Shown in pieces: positions 35,188 through 44,713 of a DNA stretch of 64,000 nucleotides. Both the position numbers and the translations under genes were made by a program. This stretch comes from an uncultured Gemmataceae bacterium. Its GTDB lineage: Bacteria; Planctomycetota; Planctomycetia; Gemmatales; Gemmataceae. The notes beneath the pieces are model-generated. The model was given only the letters and a program-made list of their open reading frames with translations, ran no database searches and was not told the DNA's origin. The DNA lies in the NCBI GenBank assembly GCA_963750165.1, contig CAVVPN010000010.1, positions 128,001 through 192,000 of the forward strand, given 5' to 3'. Position 1 is the first letter of the stretch. Every line of letters begins with the position of its first letter.

Positions 35188-35643
35188 TCACGACCGCGGC
35201 GGGACTGGCGTCGTCGGGGCGGCGGTCACCGGCTGCGGGGTGGTGCTGGCAATGGCCGAGTCGATGCGGCCGGCCAGGTTTTGCAGTTCCTTGCCCAGCT
35301 GCACCAGCTGCTGGTGCAGGTTGTCGCGCTCGCCGGTGCGGGCCACCGTCTGCCGCCGCAACTCATCGCGCTCGCGCGTCGCCGCCTGGAGCTGCTCCAG
35401 CTGCTGCGCCACCTGCTGGCCCAGCGCGGCGGTCTCCTCTTCCGCCGCGGTCAATTTCTTGCGGGCCAGGTCACGCTGGCCGACCACGACACGGTAGTCT
35501 TCCTCCAGCTTGGCGTTGCGGGCCTCCAGGTCGCGGACGCGGGCACTGCCGGCGGGGGCCTGCTTCTGAGAACAGCCCCAGAAACTCAACGTGACGAGCA
35601 GCAGGACGATGGCGAGCGCCTTGTTGGCACTGGCACGGTTCAT
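35188..35643 (-). CDS. Coiled-coil lipoprotein
   Basis: Signal peptide with FWGC lipobox, heptad repeats, GAGGAG RBS. Confidence 0.7.
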   Translation of the reverse strand: MNRASANKALAIVLLLVTLSFWGCSQKQAPAGSARVRDLEARNAKLEEDYRVVVGQRDLARKKLTAAEEETAALGQQVAQQLEQLQAATRERDELRRQTVARTGERDNLHQQLVQLGKELQNLAGRIDSAIASTTPQPVTAAPTTPVPPRS

Positions 35644-35962
35644 GGATGTCTCCTCATGCTTCAGGCGGCCCGGCCGCCGAGGGGTGCGAGATCGTGCTAG
35701 GTTATGGAGGACCGACGACCCGCCTGGCTCACGGGACCGCTCCCGTTTGCCTGGTTCGCCGGTCTCTGCTGACCGACAAACTTTCTTTCGACCGCCGGCA
35801 CACCCAATCTTTATCCAACTTCACCAACTTTCTTCCTCTGCAACCGTTTCCCGAGCGCCCGCGGTTGCCGACTGGCGCAAGGGAGCCAGGACGGTCACGG
35901 CAAGCCGGTGCCATCGGGCGACAGCAATCGGTGCCGTTGCAAGCCGATGCGTGCCCGTCCGC

Positions 35963-36011
35963 GCAAGGGAGCCAAGGGAGCCAAGAGAGCCAACTTTTTC
36001 ACACATCGAGA
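35963..36011. repeat. 9-bp triple tandem (AAGGGAGCC)x3 element
   Basis: Reverse-complement homolog of 23193-23241. Confidence 0.7.
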
Positions 36012-36094
36012 AAGGCCACCGGTGACGCTCCCGGCTCGCCGGCTGCCAGAACCGTCCAGGCGCAGCGGGATCAGGTCTACGATTGGCGCGCCGA

Positions 36095-36251
36095 CTTCAA
36101 CCTGGGCCGCCAGCTCGCGCGCGGCCTGACGGTCGGGGCCGACGCGCGGTCGGTGGCGCTGGCCGTTCTCGTAGTAACAGAGATACCAGACGCGGCTTCG
36201 GAGGTAGGCCAGGACTTTGCCGACGCGGAATGAGTTGGTCTTCTTGGACAC
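36095..36251 (-). pseudogene. N-terminal remnant of a tyrosine integrase
   Basis: VSKKTNSFRVGKV...WYLCYYENGQRHRPRVG...ARELAAQV resembles an arm-binding domain; lies just 3' of the tRNA; no catalytic domain. Confidence 0.55.
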
Positions 36252-36369
36252 GGTGACCTCAAAGAATCCCCCGCCACAAAGGGCGCCACAAACGGGAATC
36301 TCTGAGGAAGCCTCAGAAAGGCAAAAGCCGATGTGCCAACCACTTATGGCACATCGGCAGACAGGCCAG

Positions 36370-36454
36370 CGGAGAGGGCGGGATTCGAACCCGCGGTGAG
36401 TTGCCCCACACGGCATTTCCAGTGCCGCACCTTCGGCCGCTCGGTCACCTCTCC
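36370..36454 (-). tRNA. tRNA-Ser(GGA)
   Basis: GGAGAGG acceptor stem, CGGCA-CTGGAAA-TGCCG anticodon arm, long variable arm, GGTTCGAATCC T-loop; CCA not encoded. Confidence 0.96.
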
Positions 36455-36472
36455 GAATCGATTTAACCAGCT

Positions 36473-36478
36473 ATTATA
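36473..36478 (-). promoter_or_regulatory. Candidate -10 box (TATAAT) upstream of tRNA-Ser
   Basis: Exact TATAAT on the minus strand 18 nt upstream of the tRNA 5' end; no -35 at canonical spacing. Confidence 0.4.
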
Positions 36479-36513
36479 CCGTAATTTCCGTCGTCTCTCC
36501 CTTGTCGGCGATT

Positions 36514-36699
36514 TGTCAAAACCACCGTTTGTCAAAAAAAATGTCAAAAACCGGGAGGCTGTTTCGCCGCCAGGATGCGGCAGTCTGTCAAAACCCTGTC
36601 GAATTTAGGGTATCCTGCCGGGCGGCGGCGGTCAAGCGGTTGGCGGGAAGTTGGGGAATGTCAGCGTCTGGCTGGGCCGTTTTGACAAAAGTTTTGACA
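36514..36699. repeat. TGTCAAAA octamer cluster (4 direct + 2 inverted), integrase arm-type-site-like
   Basis: Direct copies at 36514, 36530, 36542, 36586; inverted at 36680, 36692. Confidence 0.6.
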
Positions 36700-36720
36700 A
36701 GGGTGACCCTTACTCCTCCA

Positions 36721-36858
36721 GCCCGGAAGTTCCGGACCGCCGGGCTAATCTGCTACGTCTGGGGGCGGTTGACGATCCGCAACCGGGCGGGCTTGAAGGT
36801 CGCAACGTGCGAGTGCTATCGGGCCTGGGCGCGACTTGACGCCCTGCTTCCGCTTTGA
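36721..36858 (+). pseudogene. C-terminal remnant of a Crp/Fnr-family regulator
   Basis: ARKFRTAGLICYVWGRLTIRNRAGLKVATCECY resembles the Crp HTH tail (GLI.Y.RG.ITI.DR.GL...CECY). Confidence 0.6.
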
Positions 36859-37311
36859 GCCGGTCTGGTTGGTGGTCTTGGTCGATGGTATGACAGGCCG
36901 CTGGTGTCTATCGTTCCAGACCAACAGATCCAGAGTTTTCTGAACTGTTTTTCTCCACGCCGCGTCGATTCCTGGATTAGATACACAAAATATTGCAGAT
37001 AAACAACTTATAGAATCGACACTTTAGGCACTCCTGGGTGAGATTAGGCGGGTTTTGGCCCCCTCGGGCGAAAAAACAGTGACAAAACAGTGACGCGCTT
37101 TGGGACGCCTTACTAGGCAAAAACCTAGACAACGGGCACCTGCCAGGAGACTACCTCCCCTGCGACTTCCTGCCCTTCTTCTTCGGTTCCTGGTCGTCCA
37201 ACATCTCGGTGAAGGTCTTCTCCCGCTGCGGCCACTCCCCAGCGTGCCGTCCGGGTGGCGGTAGAAGGCGTCCTTCTGCTCAGGGGCTGGGCCGCAGCTG
37301 CTGTGGGCTTA

Positions 37312-38236
37312 GAAGCGGACTCAAAACCCGGCCGGGCTCCTAGATCAGCTGTGGTTGTCTGCAGCTGTTCCCGGAGGCCCGGCCATGGACCCTGTGGTGT
37401 TCGAGACGTTGTGGCGCGCCGTTGCCCTGTACCTGCCCGCCCGCGCCCCCTCCCCCAAGGGAGGCCGCCCGCGCGTCCCCGACCGCGACTGCCTGCGCGG
37501 CATCCTCTTCGTGCTCCGCGAGGGCATCCGCTGGCGCTCCTTGCCCCAGGAGATGGGCTGCGGCTCGGGCAGCACCTGTTACCGCCACTTCCGCCAGTGG
37601 ACCGCCCTGGGCCTGTGGCCCCAAGTCCACACGCACCTGGTGGCCGCCCTGGGCCGGCGCGGCTTGCGCAACTTGGAGCGGGCGGTCGTGGACAGCGCCT
37701 CGGCCCGCGCCCAGGCCGGCGGCCCGCACACCGGCCCCAACCCGACCGACCGGGCCAAGGCCGGCTGCAAAAGGCATTTGCTGACCGACGCTTGCGGCAT
37801 CCCGCTGGTGGTCTGGATCGGGCCGGCCAACCGCCGCGACGAGCAGGCGGTGCCGGCGCTGCTGTGGCTCTTGTGGGCGGTGCTCGGCGGCGCCGGCGCC
37901 CGCCGCCGCGTGGGGGCGCTGCAGGGCGACCGGGGCTACGGCTTCCCCTGGACGATCGTGCTGGTGTTGGCGTGGGGCCTCCGCGCGCTGCTGGCCCCGC
38001 GCGCACGCCGCACGGCAGCGGCTTGGGGCGCACGCGCTTTGTCATTGAGCGCACCCATAGCTGGTTCGGGCGCTTCCGGCGCCTGCGCGATGTTACGAGC
38101 GGGAGCCGGCGCACTTCCTGGCGCTGCAGCAGTTGGCGGCCTGCGTCATCTGCGCCCGGCGGCTCCGCCAAGGTCGGCAGCCCGGCGAAGAGTTCCAGCC
38201 CTTCGCCCAGGCCGCCTAGGGTTTTGAGTCCGCTTC
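37312..38236 (+). mobile_element. IS5-family (IS1031-like) insertion sequence
   Basis: Terminal inverted repeats GAAGCGGACTCAAAACCC / GGGTTTTGAGTCCGCTTC flanked by a TTA duplication. Confidence 0.9.
37385..38219 (+). CDS. IS5-family transposase (apparent frameshift near 38005)
   Basis: GGRPR, G..WR.LP, VDS, GCKRHLLTD, GDRGY, then IERTHSWF..FRRL in the shifted frame. Confidence 0.88.
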
Positions 38237-38239
38237 TTA

Positions 38240-38440
38240 GCGCCAAGGTGGTCATCACGGCCGAACGAGGACACGGCGCTGGTCGTCGATATGGTGCCAG
38301 GCCAGGCGGGCGACGCGCCGCTGCTGGTGCCGATGCTCGGCTGTACCCTAGAGCGCGTGCCGGTGATCGACGAGTAGGTCGGTGACAAGGCATTTGACGG
38401 CGACGACTTGCGGTGTCAGTGCCTAGAGCGGGGCGTGAAC
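38240..38440 (+). pseudogene. Decayed IS5/IS427-like transposase fragment interrupted by the IS above
   Basis: Removing the IS rejoins LGRSCCGL|SAKVV; followed by PGQAGD and an in-frame stop before GDKAFDGD. Confidence 0.6.
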
Positions 38441-38669
38441 CGATACAATCCTCACTGTCCAGTGGCTTCCCCCGACCCCACCGGCAACGCTGCTTGTCTT
38501 TGAATACGCGGGAAGATAAACTGATCTGAGTGATTGGAATCAGCCGATTGAGGGTTCAAACCCATCGGAGGACGCCAAGGCCATCATCACCGCGCCCAGA
38601 TCTCTTCAGTACTGGACGAACGAACACAAAAGGTCGGTAATCGGCGCGGAAGCGATCACGGAGCAAGTC

Positions 38670-40817
38670 ATGCCAAAAGGTGATGCGGGCGAGTCCCCAC
38701 CTGCACCGCCGAAGTACGCGATGACCATCTCGCGGCTGACAGTCGATAAACTCGGCATCAAACTTTACGACCGCGTTTCCGCCGCCATCGCCGAGGTGGT
38801 GGCGAACAGTTACGATGCGGACGCTACTGAGGTCACCGTGTCCGCCCCGATGGGCGAGCTGCTGGCAACCAAGCATGGTGGAGTTCTTCGGGACAAAGGG
38901 TACGTAATCGAAGTTCAGGACAACGGCATCGGCATGACCGCCGATGAGGTCAACCAATTCTTCCTCGCCGTTGGTCGGGAGCGCCGACTCGATCCCAAGC
39001 GAGGCGGGGCAACCAAGATCTATAAGCGCCTGGTGATGGGTCGCAAAGGCGTGGGGAAGCTCGCGCCCCTCGGCATTTGCCAGCGGATCGAGGTGATCAC
39101 GGCCGGAGGCAGCGAAGTCAAGGTCGATAAGGAGAAGGGGTACGTCACTTCGCACATAATCCTGAACCGGAAGGACATGCTGGCGGACACGGACTCCAAC
39201 TATGTCCCCGACATTGGAAGGTTTGACGGCACGCTGCGCCCCGAGAAGGGCACGATCATCAGGATGCGGATGTTCGATCACCGGATCGTGCCGGAGCTGG
39301 ACGACTTCGAGCGGCAGTTGTCGCAACGGTTCGGCGTTCAGTCGCCGAACTGGAAACTGGTGCTTCGGGACAACCAGAAGACGGCTGCCGATCCGGACGC
39401 GACGCGGACGGTCGGCGAACTGAACATCGAGCTTCGCCTCGGGACGCGGATAGAGTTTCGCGAAGAACTAACTCCGAAGAACAAGAGCTACTCGCCACCC
39501 AAGTATTTGGCATTCGACGAAGGTGGGAAGGCGATGAAGGATCTGAAGGGCTCGTTCGAGTTCGAGGGCAAAGAATACCCTGTTACCGGCTGGGTTGGCT
39601 ACTCGAAGGTGCCGTACCGCGATCAGCAGATGGCGGGGGTTCGCATTTACTGTCGGGGAAAGCTCGCTGCGCAAACGCTGATTTTCGGCCGCAAGGCCGG
39701 CTTCACCGGCGAATACGACATCCGGTCATACTTTGTCGGCATGCTTAACGCCGACTGGCTCGATGACGAGGAAGACCTCATCCTCACGAGCCGTCAGGAC
39801 ATCCTGTGGTCGGAACCGCTGGCCAGGGCATTCGAGGAGTGGGGGCAGGGAGTTGTCAAGAAGGTCGGGACGATCACCCGCGAACCGGTCAGACAGGCTG
39901 CGTGGGACTTGTTCGTCGAGGAAACAAATGTCGAGGAAGAGGTAGAAGAAACGTACCCCGCTGATGAGCAGAGAGACATCCGCGAGAAGACAATAGAGAT
40001 CGCCAAGATGATGGTGAAGGCGGCTCGTCCTGATGAGTTACAAGATGAAGCGCGTCGGCGGTCGATGGTCGATCTGGCACTACTTGTGGGACCGCACATC
40101 ACGCTAGAGGAAAAACTGATCGAAGCGGCTGAGAACGACGACAACACGCTGGAGGTCGTTGCGGACATCCTTCGCACAGCCAGAGTTGCGGAGTTGACGT
40201 CATTCGGGCGCATTGCCGACGACCGGGTCAAGGTAATCAAAAAAGTCGAGAAGATGAAGGACGACGAGGACACCCTTGACGATGCGTTTCAGGCGCTGAT
40301 CGAGGAGTCCCCGTGGCTGATCAACCCGGAGTGGTCGCCAATTACTACCAACACGGGACTGGAGAAGCTGAAGGGGGAGTTCGTAAAGTTCTATCGCAGC
40401 GAAACCGGCGAACGCATTTCACTGTACAAGATGGACGGCTCTGACAAAGAAAAACGCGCCGAATTGGTGATCACTAACCAAGACCGAGTGATCGAGGTCA
40501 TCCTTATAAAGAGGCCCGGCGATCCACTCAAGAATGCGGAGATGGACCGACTTGTGACGTACCACGACTCGATGGATGCCTTCTTGCACAAAAAGGGTGA
40601 AGAAGACTATTTGAAAGGGTTCGAGAAGTTCCACATCACACTCGTCTGCGACTCATTGGCTCTCAAGGGGGCGCAAAAGGTGGCATTCGATGGGCTGCAA
40701 GCAAGCGGCGCGCTGACGCGGGTGGAGTGGGCCAAATTCCTCCAGCGGACGCGGAAGATGCACGAAGCCTTTCTTCAAGAAGCAGAGAGGCAAAGAAGCA
40801 ATGCCGCGAAGCGATAG
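38670..40817 (+). CDS. GHKL (MORC/HATPase_c_3) ATPase with a degenerate C-terminal PD-(D/E)XK-like domain
   Basis: EVVANSYDADA, DNGIGM, GRKGVGK, GT motifs; PWLI...RAELV...VILIKRP tail. Confidence 0.85.
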   Translation: MPKGDAGESPPAPPKYAMTISRLTVDKLGIKLYDRVSAAIAEVVANSYDADATEVTVSAPMGELLATKHGGVLRDKGYVIEVQDNGIGMTADEVNQFFLAVGRERRLDPKRGGATKIYKRLVMGRKGVGKLAPLGICQRIEVITAGGSEVKVDKEKGYVTSHIILNRKDMLADTDSNYVPDIGRFDGTLRPEKGTIIRMRMFDHRIVPELDDFERQLSQRFGVQSPNWKLVLRDNQKTAADPDATRTVGELNIELRLGTRIEFREELTPKNKSYSPPKYLAFDEGGKAMKDLKGSFEFEGKEYPVTGWVGYSKVPYRDQQMAGVRIYCRGKLAAQTLIFGRKAGFTGEYDIRSYFVGMLNADWLDDEEDLILTSRQDILWSEPLARAFEEWGQGVVKKVGTITREPVRQAAWDLFVEETNVEEEVEETYPADEQRDIREKTIEIAKMMVKAARPDELQDEARRRSMVDLALLVGPHITLEEKLIEAAENDDNTLEVVADILRTARVAELTSFGRIADDRVKVIKKVEKMKDDEDTLDDAFQALIEESPWLINPEWSPITTNTGLEKLKGEFVKFYRSETGERISLYKMDGSDKEKRAELVITNQDRVIEVILIKRPGDPLKNAEMDRLVTYHDSMDAFLHKKGEEDYLKGFEKFHITLVCDSLALKGAQKVAFDGLQASGALTRVEWAKFLQRTRKMHEAFLQEAERQRSNAAKR

Positions 40818-41947
40818 CCCGATCAGACTGAATGCCGTGGACATCTTCAGTGGCGCAGGCGGATTGACAACCGGCTTGAAAAAAGCTGGTTTTCGCGTCG
40901 TTGCCGGCGTGGAGATCGAGTCCCATGCTGTCTCCACGTTCAAGGTGAACCACCCGGACACCCATGTCTTCAAACAAGATGTTACGACAGTGCGCGGCTC
41001 CGACTTGGTCGAGCAGGCTGGCGGCGAAGACATCCACCTGCTCGCGGGATGCCCGCCCTGCCAAGGCTTCACGAGTTTGACCTCGAAGTACAAGCGGGGC
41101 GACCCCAGAAACGAGTTGATCGGGGAACTGGCGCGGCTAGTCGAGGAGGCCCGTCCCCATGCGGTCATGATGGAGAATGTTCCCGGTCTTACTCAAAAAG
41201 GCGTAAAGCTGTTCGACGCTTTCCTGAAGATCATCGAAGCGGCGGGCTACGTCCCTGAATACGAGGTGCTCCAAGTCGCGGACTACGGAGTTCCCCAAAG
41301 TCGCAGGCGGCTCGTATTGCTGGCAGGAAGGGGGTTCAAGATCGCTCTCCCGCCCGCAACGCATTCGCGCACCGGTGAGGGCCGGCTAGCGAAGTGGACG
41401 ACGGTTCGCAGTGCGATCGGGGACATGCCAACGCCGATCACGATGGCGGAAGTCAGGCGATCTACGAGCCCCGACATGCACTCCTGGCACGTGGTCCGGG
41501 AGTTGTGTCCGCGGAATCAAAGTCGCCTCCGGCATGCAAAGCCGGGGGATCACTGGAAGAAAATTCCAAAACGGCTTCGCCCACCGTGCCATCAGGACAA
41601 AAAGGCTGGGTTCAGCAATGTGTACGGGCGGATGAGCTGGGACGAAGTGTCGCCGACGATTACCGCCGGCTGCACGACACTCAGTAAGGGGCGGTTCGGG
41701 CATCCGGCAGAGGACCGCACGCTTTCCGCGCGCGAGGCTGCCATTTTACAGACTTTCCCGAGGGACTATGTGTTTGACTCTCCTTATATGGAATACGTCT
41801 GCGCGATGATCGGAAACGCCTTGCCGTGTGATTTCGCCGAGGTGCTCGCGAAGACTTGCGGTGAGGCGATCCGGGCGCACTTACTGCGCGGTTGCCGATG
41901 CCAAAGCCGCCGGGAAGCCCTCCTCCAGAAAGCCCCGGAAGAAGTAA
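40801..41947 (+). CDS. dcm: DNA (cytosine-5)-methyltransferase (as assembled, reads through into the ATPase to 43581)
   Basis: FSGAGG, GCPPCQGF, ENV, QSRRR, R.LS.REAA.LQTFP, IGNA. Confidence 0.92.
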
Positions 41948-42018
41948 ATGCCACCGGTTCAACGCCATCACACCAAGTACACAGCCAGAAGCAGGCTGAT
42001 CTGATCTGGAATGCCATC

Positions 42019-43581
42019 ATGGAATTCACAGTCCTGAAACGCGGTGCAAGGTTGCCGAAGAATGCCCGTGGCAAGGCATTTCTGATTCCGGACGACTGGG
42101 CCGACCGCGGGAAGTACAAGACGCAGTACCAGCTTACTATTTGCGACCACGGCGGCATGGCTCACACGATTGGCGATGTCAAGATCGGCGAATTCGGAAT
42201 GTCTGAAGGTCAAGCCCGCCCTTCGATCACAAGTCCCTTTGAGAAGCTTGACAAGAAGTTCTTCTCGCTCGGCCAGGACGGCACCTATTACGAGCGATTG
42301 ACGGAACTTGGAGCGGCGACAAGGAAGACGGTATTGTCCGCACTGCGGGATGTCGCCGCGGACAAGCAGCTCTTCGCAGGGGCATTGAAGGAAGATGTCA
42401 CCACCGAATCTCTTCTCAGTGCAGTTACGGCGGTTACGGTTCAGGGCCAATTCAGTAGGCTGGCGGTTGGCGGCGCGAGACTTACCGACTATCAGTTTAA
42501 GTACACAGCCCCCACCTTTGACAATCCCGAGGCGGATCTCATCCAACTATCGTTCGATGTAAAACATTCGTCAAATCCGCCATCGAATATCCATGTCTTG
42601 ATCGGCAAGAATGGGGTCGGCAAAACGCGGTTGCTGCACTACATGACGCTCGCGCTCATGGCGAAGGAACCTGACCCTGTCAATCGTGGGGTCTTTGAGC
42701 GGACAGACGGTGTGGCGGGCACGGCCCTGTTTGCGAACTTGGTGTCCGTTGCATTCAGCGCATTCGATCCATTCGAGCCTTTACCTGACCGCCAGGCTGA
42801 CGATGAGGGAATGCAGTACACCTATGTCGGCCTCAAGAACAGAAGCAAGGCCGGCGGGGCGCTCAAGAACCTAGACATGCTCACCACGGAGTTTGTGAAG
42901 GGCTTCCAAAAGTGCATTTCGGGACCAAAGGTCGATAGGTGGCGGACCGCTCTGCAGACGCTTGAGTCGGACTCAAATTTCAGGGACCACGGAGTCGTTC
43001 GGCTTGCGGAGGGGCTATCCGAAGAGGATGAAGACGAGGACGCCGATCCTGACCTGGACCAAGCCGGCCGGGCGGCTCTGCTGTTTGGCAAGTTGAGTAC
43101 CGGTCACAAGATGGTACTACTGACTGTCACGAGGCTCGTGGAAACCGTTGAAGAGCGGACGCTGGTGCTCATCGACGAGCCGGAGTCCCACCTGCATCCG
43201 CCGCTGTTGTCTGCATTCATTCGGGCACTTTCGGACCTGCTGATCGACAGGAATGGCGTAGCGATCATGGCCACACACTCGCCCGTCGTTCTTCAAGAAG
43301 TGCCTGCCAACTGCGTCTGGGTTCTGAGGCGGAAGGGGCAGATTGTCCGTCCCGTGCACTTGAAAACAGAAAGCTTCGGTGAGAACGTTGGGCTGCTGAC
43401 AAAGGAAGTGTTTCGGCTGGATGTCACCAGCTCAGGCTTCCACAAACTGTTGCAGGAAGCGGTGGACGAGAACCCGGACTACGATGCCATATTGAACAAG
43501 TTCTCAAACCGGTTGGGAGGAGAGGCAAAGGCAATTCTTGCCGCCCTGATTGCAACAACGGACGAGGGGGAGGCGAAGTAG
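42019..43581 (+). CDS. ABC/AAA_21 ATPase, Septu PtuA-like
   Basis: GKNGVGKT Walker A, LSTGHK signature, LIDEPESHLHP Walker B/D-loop, ATHSP. Confidence 0.85.
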   Translation: MEFTVLKRGARLPKNARGKAFLIPDDWADRGKYKTQYQLTICDHGGMAHTIGDVKIGEFGMSEGQARPSITSPFEKLDKKFFSLGQDGTYYERLTELGAATRKTVLSALRDVAADKQLFAGALKEDVTTESLLSAVTAVTVQGQFSRLAVGGARLTDYQFKYTAPTFDNPEADLIQLSFDVKHSSNPPSNIHVLIGKNGVGKTRLLHYMTLALMAKEPDPVNRGVFERTDGVAGTALFANLVSVAFSAFDPFEPLPDRQADDEGMQYTYVGLKNRSKAGGALKNLDMLTTEFVKGFQKCISGPKVDRWRTALQTLESDSNFRDHGVVRLAEGLSEEDEDEDADPDLDQAGRAALLFGKLSTGHKMVLLTVTRLVETVEERTLVLIDEPESHLHPPLLSAFIRALSDLLIDRNGVAIMATHSPVVLQEVPANCVWVLRRKGQIVRPVHLKTESFGENVGLLTKEVFRLDVTSSGFHKLLQEAVDENPDYDAILNKFSNRLGGEAKAILAALIATTDEGEAK

Positions 43582-43584
43582 ACC

Positions 43585-44439
43585 ATGCAACCTCTCACGC
43601 CCATTACCGCCACGGCTGAGGAAGTGTTCCTGGCATGTATTAGCAAAATCAAGAAAGCGGTCCTGAAGCAGAAGCTAACGGCAATCAAGGGTGACATTGT
43701 TAACTTTGACGTTGCCTATGTAGCCGCAGGCAAGAAGCCTCCCGGAACACCTGTTTCGTTCTTTTCGCTTTCTGCCCACAGAAAAGTGGGAGCGGTCACA
43801 AAAAAGGAGATGGAGAGGGTATATGATGGGCGTATGGTCGGTGGACCTGGGCGGAAATACTACGACGAGATCCTTGATCTATGTGACGACGACATCTGCC
43901 CGCTTTGCGGTCTGCGTCTTGTCGAGACGCTGGATCATTACTTACCTAAGTCTCGATATCCCGCCCTTGCCGTTGCGCCAAACAACCTTCTTCCAGCATG
44001 CTACCCGTGCAACATCAAAAAGCGCACTGCGGTTCCGAAATGCGTTAGCAAGCAGTGCATTCACCCATACTACGACAACATTGATGCCGAAGTGTGGCTT
44101 ACGGCGTCCATCGAAAAGCCTCAGACGCCCGTCGTGGTCCTCTTCGATGTTGCCCCTCCCGCTTCCTGGGACACGGTTACTAAAAAGCGCGTCAAACACC
44201 ATTTCAAAGAACTGGCGCTCGGTCGCTTGTACTCGATCGTCGCGGGCGGAGACATTGTCGGCAACAAGCACGAGTTCACGAGGCTCCGGAACACTGCCGC
44301 TGGTGCCGCGGCCGTCAAGAAGTATCTGCTGGAGCAAGAAGCCACTCGACGAGCGGCGCGACGAAACTCGTGGCAAGCCGCGCTCTACAAAGCCCTAGCC
44401 ACCGATGCATGGTTTTGCGACACGGGCTGCCTTGGTTAG
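43585..44439 (+). CDS. HNH endonuclease, Septu PtuB-like
   Basis: CPLCG...TLDHYLPKSRYP...NLLPACYPCN, IHPYYD. Confidence 0.87.
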   Translation: MQPLTPITATAEEVFLACISKIKKAVLKQKLTAIKGDIVNFDVAYVAAGKKPPGTPVSFFSLSAHRKVGAVTKKEMERVYDGRMVGGPGRKYYDEILDLCDDDICPLCGLRLVETLDHYLPKSRYPALAVAPNNLLPACYPCNIKKRTAVPKCVSKQCIHPYYDNIDAEVWLTASIEKPQTPVVVLFDVAPPASWDTVTKKRVKHHFKELALGRLYSIVAGGDIVGNKHEFTRLRNTAAGAAAVKKYLLEQEATRRAARRNSWQAALYKALATDAWFCDTGCLG

Positions 44440-44713
44440 TGCCAACCAAAACGCCTTCCGCCTACCCCAGGCGCCGGCCGACAAGATCAGCGGGATCGGC
44501 AGCGCCTGGATGCATCTGCCGAAACGGCACGTCAACATGGTCACGGTGAACAGGGGGCTGGAGAAGACTGCGGCCCTAAAGGAGTCGCGTCTGGTCACCG
44601 CCTCGGTGCAGGCCTGCAGCAGGAGCAAGGTGGTAAGTACCCGTAACATCACCCGATCATATCCGATTGTCTACCGATATTTTCACCCGATCGTATCTGA
44701 ATACGTTGAACCG

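Noticed and set aside
44395..44652. Short minus-strand ORF after the HNH gene
   Set aside because: No recognisable motif or RBS, and it overlaps the HNH 3' end.
38440..44700. Retron-Septu system
   Set aside because: No reverse transcriptase ORF (no YADD-type motif) or recognisable msr-msd near the ATPase/HNH pair.
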